NCBI GenBank assembly: GCA_963514005.1
Contig: OY740797.1
Span: 19,964,001 to 20,028,000, forward strand
From: Raja brachyura
Taxonomy: Eukaryota
Length of the DNA: 64,000 bases
Reading direction: 5' to 3'
Positions 49,769 to 62,915 of this stretch are shown here, in pieces. Position 1 is the stretch's first letter. Every line of letters starts with the position of its first letter. The notes under the pieces are model-generated. The model was not told the origin of the DNA, made no database searches, and was given only the letters and a program-made list of their open reading frames with translations. Position numbers and translations under genes: made by a program.

Positions 49769-52278
49769 CGGTATAAGAAGTAAAGTAGATGAGCTTGAGG
49801 CTCAGTTAGAGGTTGGTAGATATGACATTGTGGGGATTACTGAGATGTGGCTGCAGGAGGATCAGTCCTGGGAATTTAATATTCAGGGTTATACATCCTA
49901 TAGAAAGGACAGGCAGGTGGGCAGGGGGGGTGGGGGGGGGGGGGGGTAGCTCTGCTGGTGAGGGATGGAATTCAGTCCCTTGCGAGCGAAGACATAGGGA
50001 CTGACGATGTAGAGTCACTTGAGTTGAGGAATTGTAAAGGCAAGAAGACACTAATTGGTGTTATCTACAGACCCCCAAATAGTAGCCCGGATGTAGGGTG
50101 TAAGTTGCAGCAGGAGTTTAAACTGGCATGTAACAAAGGTAATGCCACTGTGGTGATGGGGGATTTCAATATGCAGGTAGACTGAGAAAATCAGGTTGGT
50201 TCAGGACCCCAAGAAAGAGCGTTTGTAGAATGCCTCCAAGATGGATTCTTAGAGCAGCTTGTAATGGTGCCGACCAGAGAAATTACAATTCTGGATTTAG
50301 TGTTGTCCAATGAACCAGATATGGTAAGAGAACTCGAGGTAAATGAACCGCTTGGAGGTAGTGAGCATAATATGATTCGTTTTAATCTGCAATTTGAGAA
50401 GGAGAACGTTAAATCGGAAGTGTCAGTGATGCAGTTGAACAAAGGGGACTATGAAGGCATGAGAGGGGAGCTGGCCAAGGTAGACCGGAAAGGGTTCCTA
50501 GCAGGAATGATGGTGGAACAGCAATGGCAGGAATTTCAGGGCATAATCCGGAAGATGCAGGATCATTTCATTCCAAAAAGGAAGAAAGATTCTAAAGGGA
50601 GTAGGAGGCAACCGTGGCTGACAAGAGAAGTTAGAGATAGAATAAAACTAAAAGAAAAGACTATAACACAGCAAAGAGTAGCCAGAATCCAGAGGATTGG
50701 GAAACGTTCATAGGACAACAGAAGGAAACAAAAAGGGCAATACGGGCTGAAAAGATGAAGTACGAAGGAAAGCTGGCCAGGAATATAAAGAAGGACAGTA
50801 AAAGCTTCTTTAGATATGTTATGGGAAAAAGTCAAATGTGGGTCCCTTGAAGGCAGACACGGGTGTAATTATTATGGGCAACAAGGAAATGGCAGAAGAG
50901 TTGAATAGGTACTTCTGATCTGTCTTCACTAAGAAATACACAAATAATCTCCCAGATGTACTGGAGAACAGAGGATCTAAGGGGGTAGAGGATCTGAAAG
51001 AATATTCATTAGGCGAGAAATAGTATTGGGTAGGCTAATGGGACTGAAGGATGATAAATCTCCTGGGCCTGGTGGTCTGCATCCCAGGGCCCTCAGGGAG
51101 GTGGCTCTAGAAATAGTGGATGCATTGATGATCATTTTCCAATGTTCAATAGATTCAGAATCAGTTCCTGTGGATTGGAGGATAGCTAATGTTATCCCAC
51201 TTTTCAAGAAAGGAGCGAGAGAGAAAACGGGGAATTACAAGCCAGTTAGCCTGACTTCGGTGGTGGGAAAGATGCTGGTCAATTATTAAAGAGGTAATAA
51301 TGGGGCATTTGGATAGCAGTAAAAGGATTAGACCAAGTCAGCATGGATTTATGAAAGGGAAATCATGCTTGACTAATCTTCTGGAATTTTTTGAGGATGT
51401 GACAAGTAAAATGGATGAAGGGGTGCCAGTGGATGTAGTGCATCTAGACTTTCAGAAAGCCTTTGATAAGGTCCCGCACGGGAGACTGGTGACTAAAATT
51501 AGAGCACATGGTATTGGGGGTAGGGTGTTGACATGGATGGAAAATTGGTTGGCAGACCGGAAACAAAGAGTAGGAGTGAACGCGTCCTTTTCACAATGGC
51601 AGGCAGTGGCGAGTGGAGTGCTGCAAGGCTCGGTGTTGGGGCCGCAACTGTTTACCATATATATTAATGATTTGGAAGAGGGAATTAGGAGCGACACTAG
51701 CAAGATTGCGGATGACACAAAGCTGGGTGGCAGTGTGAACTGTGAAGAGGATGTTAGGAGGTTGCAGGGTGACCTGGACAGGTTGAGTAAGTGGGCAGAT
51801 GCGTGGCAGATGCAGTATAATATAGATAAATGTGAGGTTAAGAGAGAGTTAGATAGAGCTCTAGGGGCTAGTGGAGTCAAGGGATATGGGGAGAAGGCAG
51901 GCACGGTCGAAGGGCCGAATGGCCTCCTCCTGCACCTATTTTCTATGTTTCTATGTTGGGAGAGTCCAGAACCAGGGGGTCACAGTTTAAGAATAAGGAG
52001 TAGGCCATTTCGGACTGAGATGAGGAAACACTTTTTCACCCAGCGAGTTGTGAACCTGCGGAATTCTCTGCCACAGAAGGCAGTGAAGGCCAATTCACTG
52101 GACGTTTTCAAGAGATCGTTAGATTTAGCACTTAACGCTAGGGGAATCAAGGGATACGGGGAAAAAGCCGGGACGGGGTACTTATTTTGGATGATCAGCC
52201 ATGATCAAATTGAATAACGGTGCTGAGTCTATGGGCCGATTGGTCTACTCTTGCACCTATTCTCTATGTTTCTATGAT
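49769..52278 (+). mobile_element. CR1 LINE (EN+RT) plus stacked CR1 3' ends
   Basis: IRSKVDELEAQL...GITEMWL, YRPP, GDFN, FQKAFDKVPH, ADDTKL. Internal deletion at ~51838 joins to a 3' UTR; a second 3' end spans ~51955-52278. Confidence 0.9.
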
Positions 52279-52634
52279 CAATCAGCTATCTTCTTAAACG
52301 TTGCTTGATATTCGTTCGATCTTTACAAGTATTCATTTCAATTTCTAAATATCATTACTTTTGGAATCATCTGCCTGACTTTATTCCGATTAATTAGTTG
52401 AGGAAAGGGACTCAAGACAATGTCACCGCCCTTGAAGGGTAGCGCAACAGGAATAAGGCTGCCAGAGCGTTCTAGCTTTTCAAATTTCCCTTCCAACGAA
52501 ACTAACATGTTTACTCTAGCAATCAGGGTCACAGTCATAGACAGGTACAGCATGGAAATATACCCACATTGACAATAAAGCACAAAGTGCTGGAGGAACT
52601 CAGCGGGCCAAGCAGCCATTTCTGGCCAACGCTA

Positions 52635-54597
52635 GGCCCTGTTTCACAGTGCGAGTCCACCCAAGAGTGACCCCAAGTGAAAGAAAAAAAACGGACTCGT
52701 GGTTATGCACGAGATTCAAAGTTTATGGTCAAGTGTGTAACCGAGTTCCCACGGGCATGTTCAATGCGATGTTCCAAGGTGCTCTCCCGAGTTACCAAGT
52801 TCCTCTCCCGTTACACTTGAGCCAACCGTGAATGAAGGTATGTTTTAATAAAGCAACAATGTTAAAGAAGACATCTCCATCCTGTGGCTTTGAGTTAAAG
52901 ATAGAAATCAGCGCGGCTGCATCTATTAATATGACCTACAGAGGGAAAATGCGCATCAGATTGTTGGGAGACGGAGCTCAGGGTTCGCCTCCTGAGCTGC
53001 TTTGGTGCCCAGGCGTGAGGGAGGTTGGGGAGGGGGGGGGGGGGGGCGTCATTAATCTGTCTGGGGTGACAAGGCCCTTGGGTTAGGAGTGGTGTGCAAG
53101 GGAGACTTAATTCTCTCCGATCTCGCTGAAGCCCCGGACCAGAACAAAGGAAACCCATCTTGCCAGCGCGTACAAGCCCGTTGTATATAAGGGTCTCGAC
53201 CCGAAACGTCACCTGTCTCCTTCACTCCTTCGCTCCTTAGATGCTGCTGCACCCGCTGAGTTTCTCCAGCTTTTTGTGTACCCCCGTTGTATATAACTTT
53301 GCTGCTGACGCGCACACCCACTCTCTCTCCCTCCCTCTCTCTCTCTCTGCTCTCTATCACTGCAGCTCAGAGCCCAAGCTCGCCATCCTATAGTGGTAAC
53401 ATTCACATCGGGTCCCCTCCACACCCACACCCCCTCTCTCCGACACACACCCCCCACAAGGCAACAGGCAGCGTGAGAGACAGAGAGTTTGTAGGGTGTT
53501 AGTTTTGTATAAGGATTTATTTTTAAATTATTAGCCAAGGTCGGATTTACTTATTTTAAACGATGTTTGGAGCGCTTGACAATACTTTTTACTCTTTGCG
53601 CTCGTTTTCAGAAAGGGTTCAGACCCCGCTTGGCTCGTTGCCCCCTTTGAACCAAGCCCTGCGAGAGGGATGGAGGGAGGGAGGGAAGGTGTGAGTGAAC
53701 AAGAGCGCCGAGGAGGAGAGGGAAATAGGGGGGGTGGGGGAGTGCGTGGAGGAGAAATTGGGAAGAAGTTAGTTGTTCAGATCAGAAACCTGTAGGCTGG
53801 GAGCCATAATGGTGAAGAGCACACCCAGTTCTTCTGAGGAGTGCATAAGAGACTTAGATCGGAAGCAATGTTCCTCTAGAACTGTAACTGAAACCGTGTC
53901 CACATCACCTCCTCTTGGCCGGACCGCAACACCAAATCTACGCGTCAGGAAAATCCAATGTTCATTGATTCATCTCCATGGTTTTTATAGCTAATTTTCC
54001 AATAAATAACTGCAGTAATCACCCCCCGAAAGGGTAGGATAGGGCTGAAGCCCAGTGTTTAGACATTGGAATGTTTTTTTTTAATCATTCTAATAGAATG
54101 ATTTTCCAACTCCTGTGGTAATTAAACTTTTTTTTCACTCCTAGTTTTTTTTAACATATTTTTAGGATATACATTATATATAAAATTGTACACATGGGAA
54201 AATAAGACGAAAATGACCAAAAAACAAAGAATATTTAGTCTACGGGTGAATTAAATTTTGTGATTAAGACTCAAATGTGAATGGCACTGAAATATTTTAA
54301 AGAGTTCCCACGGTAGACTCACGAATCACTACGTTAAACGCACGGGCCCTACGTTCTTACAACGAGTCTAAATGTTTCAATTTTAAACTTGAACACTAAA
54401 TTTGACTCGTGAAAAAAGTCAAACATGTTTGACTTTTTTCACGAGTTCACAAGTTTCGCGGGTACCTGCCGTTAGCGCCACGAGTGGACAAGTTGATCGC
54501 GCGAGGTCCCACGTTCCCGCTACGTTGGCTGTACGTGATCACCAAGAGTGAAAACTCGGGGTCACTCGTGGGCCAACTCGCACCGTGAGACAGGGGT
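52635..54597. mobile_element. Non-autonomous TIR DNA transposon, PIF/Harbinger-like
   Basis: ~40-bp imperfect TIRs: ggccctgtttcacagtgcgagtccacccaagagtgaccccaagt vs actcggggtcactcgtgggccaactcgcaccgtgagacaggggt. Flanks CTA and TTA. No transposase ORF. Confidence 0.75.
53191..53282 (+). mobile_element. 92-bp 5'-truncated hammerhead-family insertion with 14-bp TSD
   Basis: CCCGTTGTATATAA at 53177-53190 and 53283-53296 flanks GGGTCTCGACCCGAAACGTCACC...TTTGTGTACC. Confidence 0.9.
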
Positions 54598-54724
54598 TTA
54601 AAAACGCATTTTATGCTCTCTCATTCCCATCAATGGCGTGCACAATCTCCCATTGTGTCACCTGCCGTGAACTGTATTGAATGTTCCCTTTATCCATTTA
54701 GCAATCACATGCTCAGTTAGAGAT

Positions 54725-54945
54725 TGGTTTAGTTTAGTGATACAGCGCGCAAACTGGTCTTTCAGCCCATAGAGTCCGCGCCGAGCAGCGATCATTCCGT
54801 ACACCCCGCACTGTCCCTCTCACTAGGGACAGTTTACAATCTTTACTGAAGCCAATTAATCTACAAGCCTGTACGTCTTGTGGGAGTGTGCGAATGTGGA
54901 GATAAGCCGGAGCACCCGGGGAAACCCACGGAGTCACAGGGAGAA
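54725..54945 (-). mobile_element. SINE 3' two-thirds (same family as 42450-42745)
   Basis: tttagtttag tail; gccaattaatctacaagcctgtacgtctt; ccggagcacccggggaaacccacg. Confidence 0.75.
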
Positions 54946-56094
54946 CAATACAGAGATAAACCAGATTGCAGATTGCAGCAAAAAACAAACAAACTGCTGC
55001 CGGATCTCAATGGACCAAGCAGCAAAACTGGCCAGGAATAGACAGCCGACTGTTCAATCCATTCGATAGATGCTCCCTGATGCGCTGAGTTCCTCCATTT
55101 ATTTTTTCGTAAATTACTCCTCTTGCGTTTCAATTCAACCTCTGGCAGCCAGCGACCTTGAGCCACGGAAACATTCCACGACGTCATCAGCAGGCTGGCG
55201 GCTGAAATATTGCTTCTCACGCTGTCTCTTACTAGTGAATCGAAATCCAAATATGTTTGCGGTCTGTCTGTATGTTAAAAAGAAAAATAACATTGGTTCA
55301 ATCTTTTTCGAGACATGTTGCAAAAGTGATACTTAGCCAATGGTAATACTATTAGAGCGAAATCTAAACTCGTTCTCTCTTTCAAGACGACGTGACCGAC
55401 CCTCCATCACAATGGAACAAAATATAAAAATACCTTTGACAAGGAACCGAGTAAACCTTAAATCGAGGCATAAAAGCAAGCATGCTGCATGTATTTGTGG
55501 GAAGCGTAGAGCAATAAATATGTCTATATTTAAATATGCGCAGGTCTATGTTTCGGTTCAAGACCCTTCATTAGGACTGAAAACATAGCTGGTTGAAGGG
55601 TCCCGATCCGACGCCTCGACTCACCATTTCCCTCCAGAGATGCTGCCTGATCTGTAGCGAGCCTCCCGCAGATCTTTTATTTTATTTGCGCCAGATTCCA
55701 GTACCTGCAGGAATGGACGTTGATGCATTTAAATATAGTCATAAAACTGCTTTATGTTTCCGCAAAATACATACGACATCAACTTTCATTTATTTAGAGC
55801 TTTTTGCGTTCTCTAATCCCCTCGGTGGTGTTTCACAGGAATATGATGAACAATTTTTAATCCCATTAATATTAAGTAACGTGACTGATTGTCCGAACAA
55901 AAATTGGATTCCAATTAGTTTTTGGACGAGATAATTTGAGAACAAATTTCAGAGTTAAGGTGTGGCATTTTCACCTCGTGGCAGCGATATGAAAATAGGG
56001 GAAATTCAGGATGCGATGAGAGCAATGAGTCTGTGGATATGAAGTTCGAGGTAGAGATAAGGTGTGAGGCCATAGAGAGATTTAGAAAATAAAA

Positions 56095-56880
56095 CGGTAC
56101 AGCAAAGACACATGCCCTTCAACCCACAATATCAGTGGCGAAAATGACTGCAAATCAAACTAATCTCCTCTGCCTATACATGATCCACATCCCTCTATTC
56201 CCTGTCTATACATGATCCATATTCCTCTGTTCCCTGCATATCTATTCTGAAAACCTCTTAAACTTCTTGTCCCTGAGTAACAAATCTTGCCCAACACATC
56301 CCCTTTAAACCTAGTTCCTCTCGCCTCTCTTGTGGCCTCCAGGCTTTGGCATATCCACCATGGGAAAAAGGTTCAGACTGTCTATCTTATATATGATCCT
56401 CAACTTGTGACATTCCAAAGAAAATAATCCAAGTTTGCCCAATCTCATCTTCAGCTAATACCCTCTAATCAAGGCAGTATTCTGGTACACCCTATATGGA
56501 CCCTATCCAAAGCCTTCATGTCTTTCAATCAAATTGCACACAATACTCCAAGTATAGCCCAACTAAAGACTTATAAAACTACAAGATAACCTCTTGACTT
56601 TTATATTCAATGTCCTGCCAGAATGGTAAAAAACGCAGGGCCTTCTTCACCACTGCATCTACTTGTGTTGTCACTTTCATGGAGCTGTGGGCTTGTTCCC
56701 CATAAATGCTGTTAAGGGTCATGCCATTAACTTTATATTTTCCCCTTACCTCCCAAAGCACAATATCTCACAGATTAAATTCCATCTGCTCTTTCTCCAC
56801 TCATTTCAATTACTAATCCATAATTAAGTCAATGCTTTGACAGCCTTTAATTTTGGTGTTCTCTGCAAAATTACTAACCT
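56095..56880 (-). mobile_element. Old CR1-like fragment
   Basis: Y.VNG.TLNS, QVDAVVKKA, IEYKSQEVIL. Confidence 0.7.
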
Positions 56881-58271
56881 GTAAATATGGGGCAATTATT
56901 TGAATATTAGTATTGTAATGAAGATCATGCTGGCTCAGACACAGAAGTAATGATCAAGCACACAGGCACTGGATGAACAGAGTGTGTTCTGTGTTGTGCA
57001 CACATCATTGACACAGATCAGGTGACCTAGAGGTGCACACGAATGCGCAGAAAAAACACCTAAATGCCTATTATATGCATACATGAAGGCCTACACGTAA
57101 ATACACTGACACGACTTTGTGTTACTATTTCTCTCAGCCATCCATCTATTTCCCCTTTACCTATTCCTGTGACATTTTCTGAAAATGTAAAAGAAAAAGT
57201 AAAAATTACTATTCAAATGTATTAATTGACATCAGTAATGCTGATCGGTATACAAGTTGAATCTTCAGACATATGGTGTTGGGGGTAATGGACTTGTATG
57301 GATTAACAAACATTCGGGGATGTTTGTCACAGTACTTGCATAATGAAAATGTCCTGTTGCTGGGGTGTCTAAGATGAGGAGCCATGTTCTCAAAAGATAA
57401 GGTCAGTTATTGAAGACAGAGATGAGAAAATATTTATTTTCCTGAAAGCAGTGAACCTTTAATGTTTTGTACTAAAGAGGGCTGTAAATGTTCAGTAATA
57501 AAAATACATGCTAGTTTGTTGCTAATCTATATTCATGAATTTAATTTATTTTATTTTATTTTTCAGAATGTGTGTTTTGTTGTCATGTCTAACTGTCCCT
57601 TGGAGGTTGACATCTGGCCATCTTCTTGCACTTGGGCATTCATACAGCAAATGTACTTCAACATGCTGTTCGGTATTAAGTCTTCGAAGAACAATCTTCT
57701 TAGCCAACTTGGTAACATCACTTTTTTCACGATTTAACAGATGTAAATAAAATTGATTTTATTTGGACACACTGGATGTTGGTAATATAACGAGTGGGCA
57801 GCCACTTGACAGTAATGCAAAGCATAGTTGCACAAAATGAGGACTGGTGTGTGTATAATTGTGGCTCCCACCCTCTAAATTATTAGATAGATGGAGTGTT
57901 GTGTATAATTACATTTTAGCTTAATTTTAGAACTAAATTGTGAACTATGCATTATTCCCTGAAATAAAAGCAGAAAAGCCTGTAAACACTCAGCAGTCAG
58001 CAAATAGTTGCTCAAAGAGGAATAGAGGATATGTTTTGGGTTGTAACGTCTGTGAAATTGGGAACGTGAGTAAACAAGTTAGTTCAAGAGAAGGAGGGAG
58101 AAAGGAGCTGAGGACAGTGTAGATATCTCTGAAGTGTGAGGCAGCTTTGTCCAGGCGATTCCACGTTTATGAACCTATCCGGTTGATGCTATCCGGATGG
58201 TTGGAGAGAAAGAAACTAAAAGGACGATATAAGCAGTAAAATGCATATTAATGATGCAATATGAATGAAGC

Positions 58272-58422
58272 ATAGAAACATAGAGAATAGGCGCAGAAAA
58301 TAGTAGGCCATTCGAGCCAGCACCGCCATTCAAAATGGCTGATCATCCAAAATCAGTACCCCATTCCTGCTTTCTCCCCATTACTCTTGATTCCGTTAGC
58401 CATATGAGCTATATCTAACTCT
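58272..58422 (-). mobile_element. CR1 3' UTR fragment
   Basis: catagaaacatag tail; ggccattcgagccagcaccgccattc. Confidence 0.75.
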
Positions 58423-59851
58423 TAGTTATGAATTAGTTAGAAGGTGAAGGAGAATTAAAGTGGTCGCCAAAGAAAAGCCAACATTTGTCCTTCTGGACTG
58501 AATACAGATGCTCCACAAAGCAATCACGCAAACTGCATTTTGTTTCCATAATGTCGAGGAGGCATGAAATACAGTACATTAGTTTGTTAAAAGTTTGTGA
58601 ATTTCTGCTTCATCAGAAAGGGGTGCTTTGTTCCCCCTTGTTTCGGGGAGAGAGGAGGTAACTGGAGAGATATTGCATCACCTGTGATTAAATGGAAAAT
58701 TGCACTGAGAGGAGAGGTTGATGGAGACAGCAGAATGGATCAGGGAGACATGACGGGAATTATTATTTTGTAATAGCGAGAAGGGAATGCAAAATGTGTA
58801 AGGTGAACCTTGTTGAATGAGGTGGCAATTGTGAAGAATGATTTGCTGAATCCGGAAAGTGGTCGGGTGGAAAATAAGAACCTAGAGCAAAAAGCATGAG
58901 ATATCTGAGACCTTTTAGGATTCTAAATACAACCCTTGGGTTGTATTAGAATCAAGAGTTGGGTTTTCTTGCAAGGGAGCTCGTTTCGAAGATTTTATAA
59001 TCTTTAAGTAGGAACTGGTCATTCAGAAGGAAACACAAGAAATAGTCCTTGGAAGATGGTAGAAATCTGGAATTCTTTCCAGAAAAGCAGTCGATATTAA
59101 TTTGATTGACAGTTTAAAATCTGATATTTATGGAGTGGCATTAGAGGATTAGAGCATAGTTCAGCTAGATCTCTCTAGTGGATTAGATTAACTGAGCAGT
59201 CTTCATTATCAGTTGAAGTGACAACACTATTTGCAGTATTTTCTGTTTTGATGCAGATTTCAAGCATTTACAATATTTTGTCATGAATCTAAATTCCGTT
59301 TTTATATAACGTTTTCTTGCTGCCATTGTTCTTTTGTTCGCAGAATGCTCACGATTCTTATCAGAGTTGTACTGCCACTGGAAGGGGATTGTATCGATCC
59401 AATTGCTCGGAGATCTGCGGCGTAGTTGCCATTGGCCACATGTGGGCAAAACCAGCACAGAAGGTGCATTCTGAGTGGTTGCAACCTATAATCTTTGGTT
59501 GCAACAGCATCTGACCTTTCAGCGGCGCTGTTTCGGGAATCATCGGACTTTGCGGCACGGCAGGTTCTGCCGGGTAGTGTAGTTTCCATTGACGAATAAC
59601 ACCCTGCAGTTATTAAGATTGAAAAAGGTGCAGCTGAACTGGGATGAGCTCGAAGAGGCTTAGAACTGAGTCGGAAAATGGTCTCGGAAGGAAAAGACAG
59701 CTGAAGAGGGAGATTGCGGCACTCAACCCACTGTTGCTGGAAGCGAAGGAGCGAGTGAGCGAGGCCTGGAGCAGAGGGTCAGAGTACTCGCATGGTGAGG
59801 AGAAGTGTATCGGGCCCGGTTTACAGCACTGGAGAGAGCCGGGCGGGGGTC

Positions 59852-60265
59852 GTGTGTAGGAAGGAACTGCGGATGCTGGTTAACACCGTAGACAGACACG
59901 GAATGCTGGAGTAACTCAGCGGGACAGGCAGCATCTCCGGAGAGAAGGAATGGGTGACGTTTCGGGTCGAGACCCTTATTCAGACTGAGAGTCAGGGGAG
60001 AGGGAAAGCAAAGGGAAACTAGAGATAGGGAAGGATCAAAGAGGGGGAGCCGCGGAGAGGGCGTTGCAGAACTCTCGTCGTAGAGAGGAGAACTTCTTCA
60101 AAGTCGACATACCTTGAGGAGATTTCGCAATGGAGCAGACTGGAGAATGTGTAGGAAGGAACTGCAGATAGTGGTTTACACCGAGGATAGACACAAAATG
60201 ATACCCAGCGGGACTGTTGCCTGCCCTGCTGAGTTACTCCAGCATTCTGTGTTTAACTTCAGTGG
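59852..60265 (-). mobile_element. Penelope-derived repeats, tandem and inverted, with a mutated hammerhead core
   Basis: Minus strand CTGAATAAGGGTCTCGACCCGAAACGTCACCCATT at ~59949-59983. A second tail copy at ~60148 is followed by an inverted piece. Confidence 0.75.
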
Positions 60266-60983
60266 GGATCTTACCGGGTTCGGCAAGGATGTTGCGATTG
60301 GAGACACAATTCAAGTGTCAATGTCACTCACTCTTGCATCAGTCGAATTCCATTAAAATATTTGAGCACTAAATGTGGCCTGACATCAGTGCGGTGGAAA
60401 ATAAAATAATATAAGAAATAGAAGCAACAGTAGACAAGACTTGTGACAGCTTCACTGAATCGTATGGGCATTGCTGATATATTCTCTGGAGATACAAGGA
60501 ACTGCAGATGTTGGAGTCTTCAGCAAAAGACAACGTGCTGGAGGAATTCAATGGTGGGAAATTTCAGATTGATTGGAGACTAGTAGGGGAGGAAAACTGG
60601 AAGGGAGAGGTGGGGTGTGGAACAACGCTTGGCACGTGACAGGTGGATATATAGTCTCTGATCGCCTTGGTGTCTAAAATTAATCTCAAATGTTCATATG
60701 CTCGAAGACTGGACATCCCTGTTTCTCAGGGGTAGAGAATTCCAAAAGATTTATAACAGACTTAATCATGGAATAGACATAGAAAAGTACAGAACAGGGA
60801 AGCCCATTCAGTGCACAATATCTGTGACAACCATAATCTGTCATCACTCAGTCCTTAACAGACAGTTCCTTATTTTGCTTGCTCCTCTACTAACTCTGGA
60901 TTTTCAAATAAGAGAAAAGCTTCTTAGTGCAAATCTATCAAAGAATCTTGAGCAAAACACTCCTGGAGTAACTCTGTGGAGTT

Positions 60984-61338
60984 AGAAACATAGAAAATAG
61001 GTGCAGGAGGAGGCCATTCGACCCTTCGAGCCAGCACCGCCATTCATTGTGATCATGGCTGATCCTCCGCTATCAATAACCCGTGCCTGCCTTCTCCCCA
61101 TATCCCTTGACTCCACTAGCCCCTAGAGCTCTATCCAACTCTCTCTTAAATCCATCCAGTGATTTGGCCTCCACGGCCCTCTGTGGCAGGGAATTCCATA
61201 AATTCACAACTCACTGGGTAAAAAGTGTTTTCTCAGCTCAGTCTTAAATGACCTCCCCTTTATTCTAAGTGTGCCCCCTGGTTCTGGACTCACCCAACAT
61301 TGGGAACATTTTTCCTGCATCTAGCTTGTCCAGTCCTC
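60984..61338 (-). mobile_element. CR1 3' end
   Basis: tagaaacatagaaaataggtgcaggag tail and conserved 3' UTR / ORF2 end. Confidence 0.88.
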
Positions 61339-61349
61339 TTAAAAGGTCC

Positions 61350-62915
61350 TATAGTTGCGGATAGTGAGGAAGGCTATTAGAAGATACAGCAAGAAATTGA
61401 CTAGCGAGAAATGGCAAATGGAATTTAACCTGAGTAAATATGAGATGTTGCACTTTGGGAGGTTGAATATAAGGGATCAGTATAAAGTTAATGGCAAGAC
61501 TCTTAACAGCTTTGATTTGCAGAGGGATCTTGGAGTCCAAGTTCAGAATTCACTGAACGTGGCAGCACAAGTAGATAGGGTGATAAAGAAGGCATATATC
61601 ATGCTTGCCCCCATTGCTAGGGGGATTGAATATTAGAGTTAGAAGTCATGGAGCAGCTCTATATGATTTTGGTTATGCTACATTTGGAATAATGCATACA
61701 GTTCTGGTCGCCCCGTTACAGGAAATATGCGGAGGCCTTGGAGAGGGTGCAGAGGAGGTTTACGAGAATGCTTCCTAGTTTCAGCTACAAGGAGTGATTG
61801 ATTTGTTTTCTTTGGAATGTTGGAAGTTGAGAGAAAACTTGATAAAAGTATATACAATTAGGAGAGGCAAAGATGGGGAAGACAGAACCTTTTTCCAAGG
61901 GTGGAAATATCGAACACGAGAGGGCATAACTGTAATGTGGGAGGGAGAAAGTTTAATGGAGATGTGTGGGGCAAGTTTTTTACACTGAGAGTAGTGGGAG
62001 CTTGCAGTGTGCTGCCAGGGGTGGTGGTGGAGGCAAATAACAGTGGTGTTTAAGAAGCTTTTCGATAGGCACAAGGAAGTGCAGGGAATAGAGGGATATG
62101 GATAATGTACAGGCGAATCATCCACTTTGGTAGAAAAGATAGAAAGGCGGAATATTTTGTGGACTGAGAAATGGAAGTGTTTGGTATTTCGAGGGACTTG
62201 GTTGGCTGGATACATTATTGCAAATAGGCCAGTGCAATGTTGGCCTTCATTGCAAAATAATTTGAGGGAATGAGTAGGGATGCCTTGCTATATTTATGCA
62301 GGGTCATTTTGAGGCCACAGCAGTAATGTGTATATTTCTCATCTCTTTGCTTAAGAAAGGTTATACTTATGACAAAAGGTTTGCAGTAAAGGTTCACTAA
62401 ATTGAAACCAGCAGGTTTGTCAGATGAGGAGTGAATATATGGTCTGCAATTATGCTGTCTTTGTTTTGGATCTATGAGGTGTGATGTCATTGAAATATGT
62501 GCAATTCTTAATTTTTGATGGCAGTGTAGGCTGTATACATGAGGTGGATGTATACAGGCTTAAGGGTGAGTATATTATGGGGTAACTAGAGAGATGATGG
62601 GGCCACTCAGAAGCCAGAGTGTTCATCAATGTGTGGAAGTGCATGAGATGGGGAAAGGTTCTCCATGAATATTTCTCTTCTGTTTTTCACGACAGAGAAA
62701 GACATAAAGACCGGGGAACTTGGGGGAAGTTGATGGAGATATCTTGAGGATAGTCTGAGAATGTCAGAGTTGAGCAAGTACTGAAAGTCCATAGATGTAC
62801 AAAGGTAGATGAATCTACCGTCTCATCTAATAAATCCAAGAACACTGGGAAGCTGAAGTCTTGTTATCGTTAGACACAGGTGAGGTGCTAGACAACTGGA
62901 GGGTGACTAATGTTA
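61350..62915 (+). mobile_element. Cluster of old CR1-like fragments
   Basis: EKWQMEFN..K.EMLHFGR, QRDLGVQV, QVDRVIKKAY; further decayed pieces at ~62115-62580 and ~62590-62915. Confidence 0.75.

Noticed and set aside
57560-57730. Minus-strand frames with PSWLRRLFFEDLIP (Cys-loop receptor-like) and LAKKIVLRR (RPP21-like)
   Set aside because: Short chance-level similarities with poor splice context and no supporting exons.
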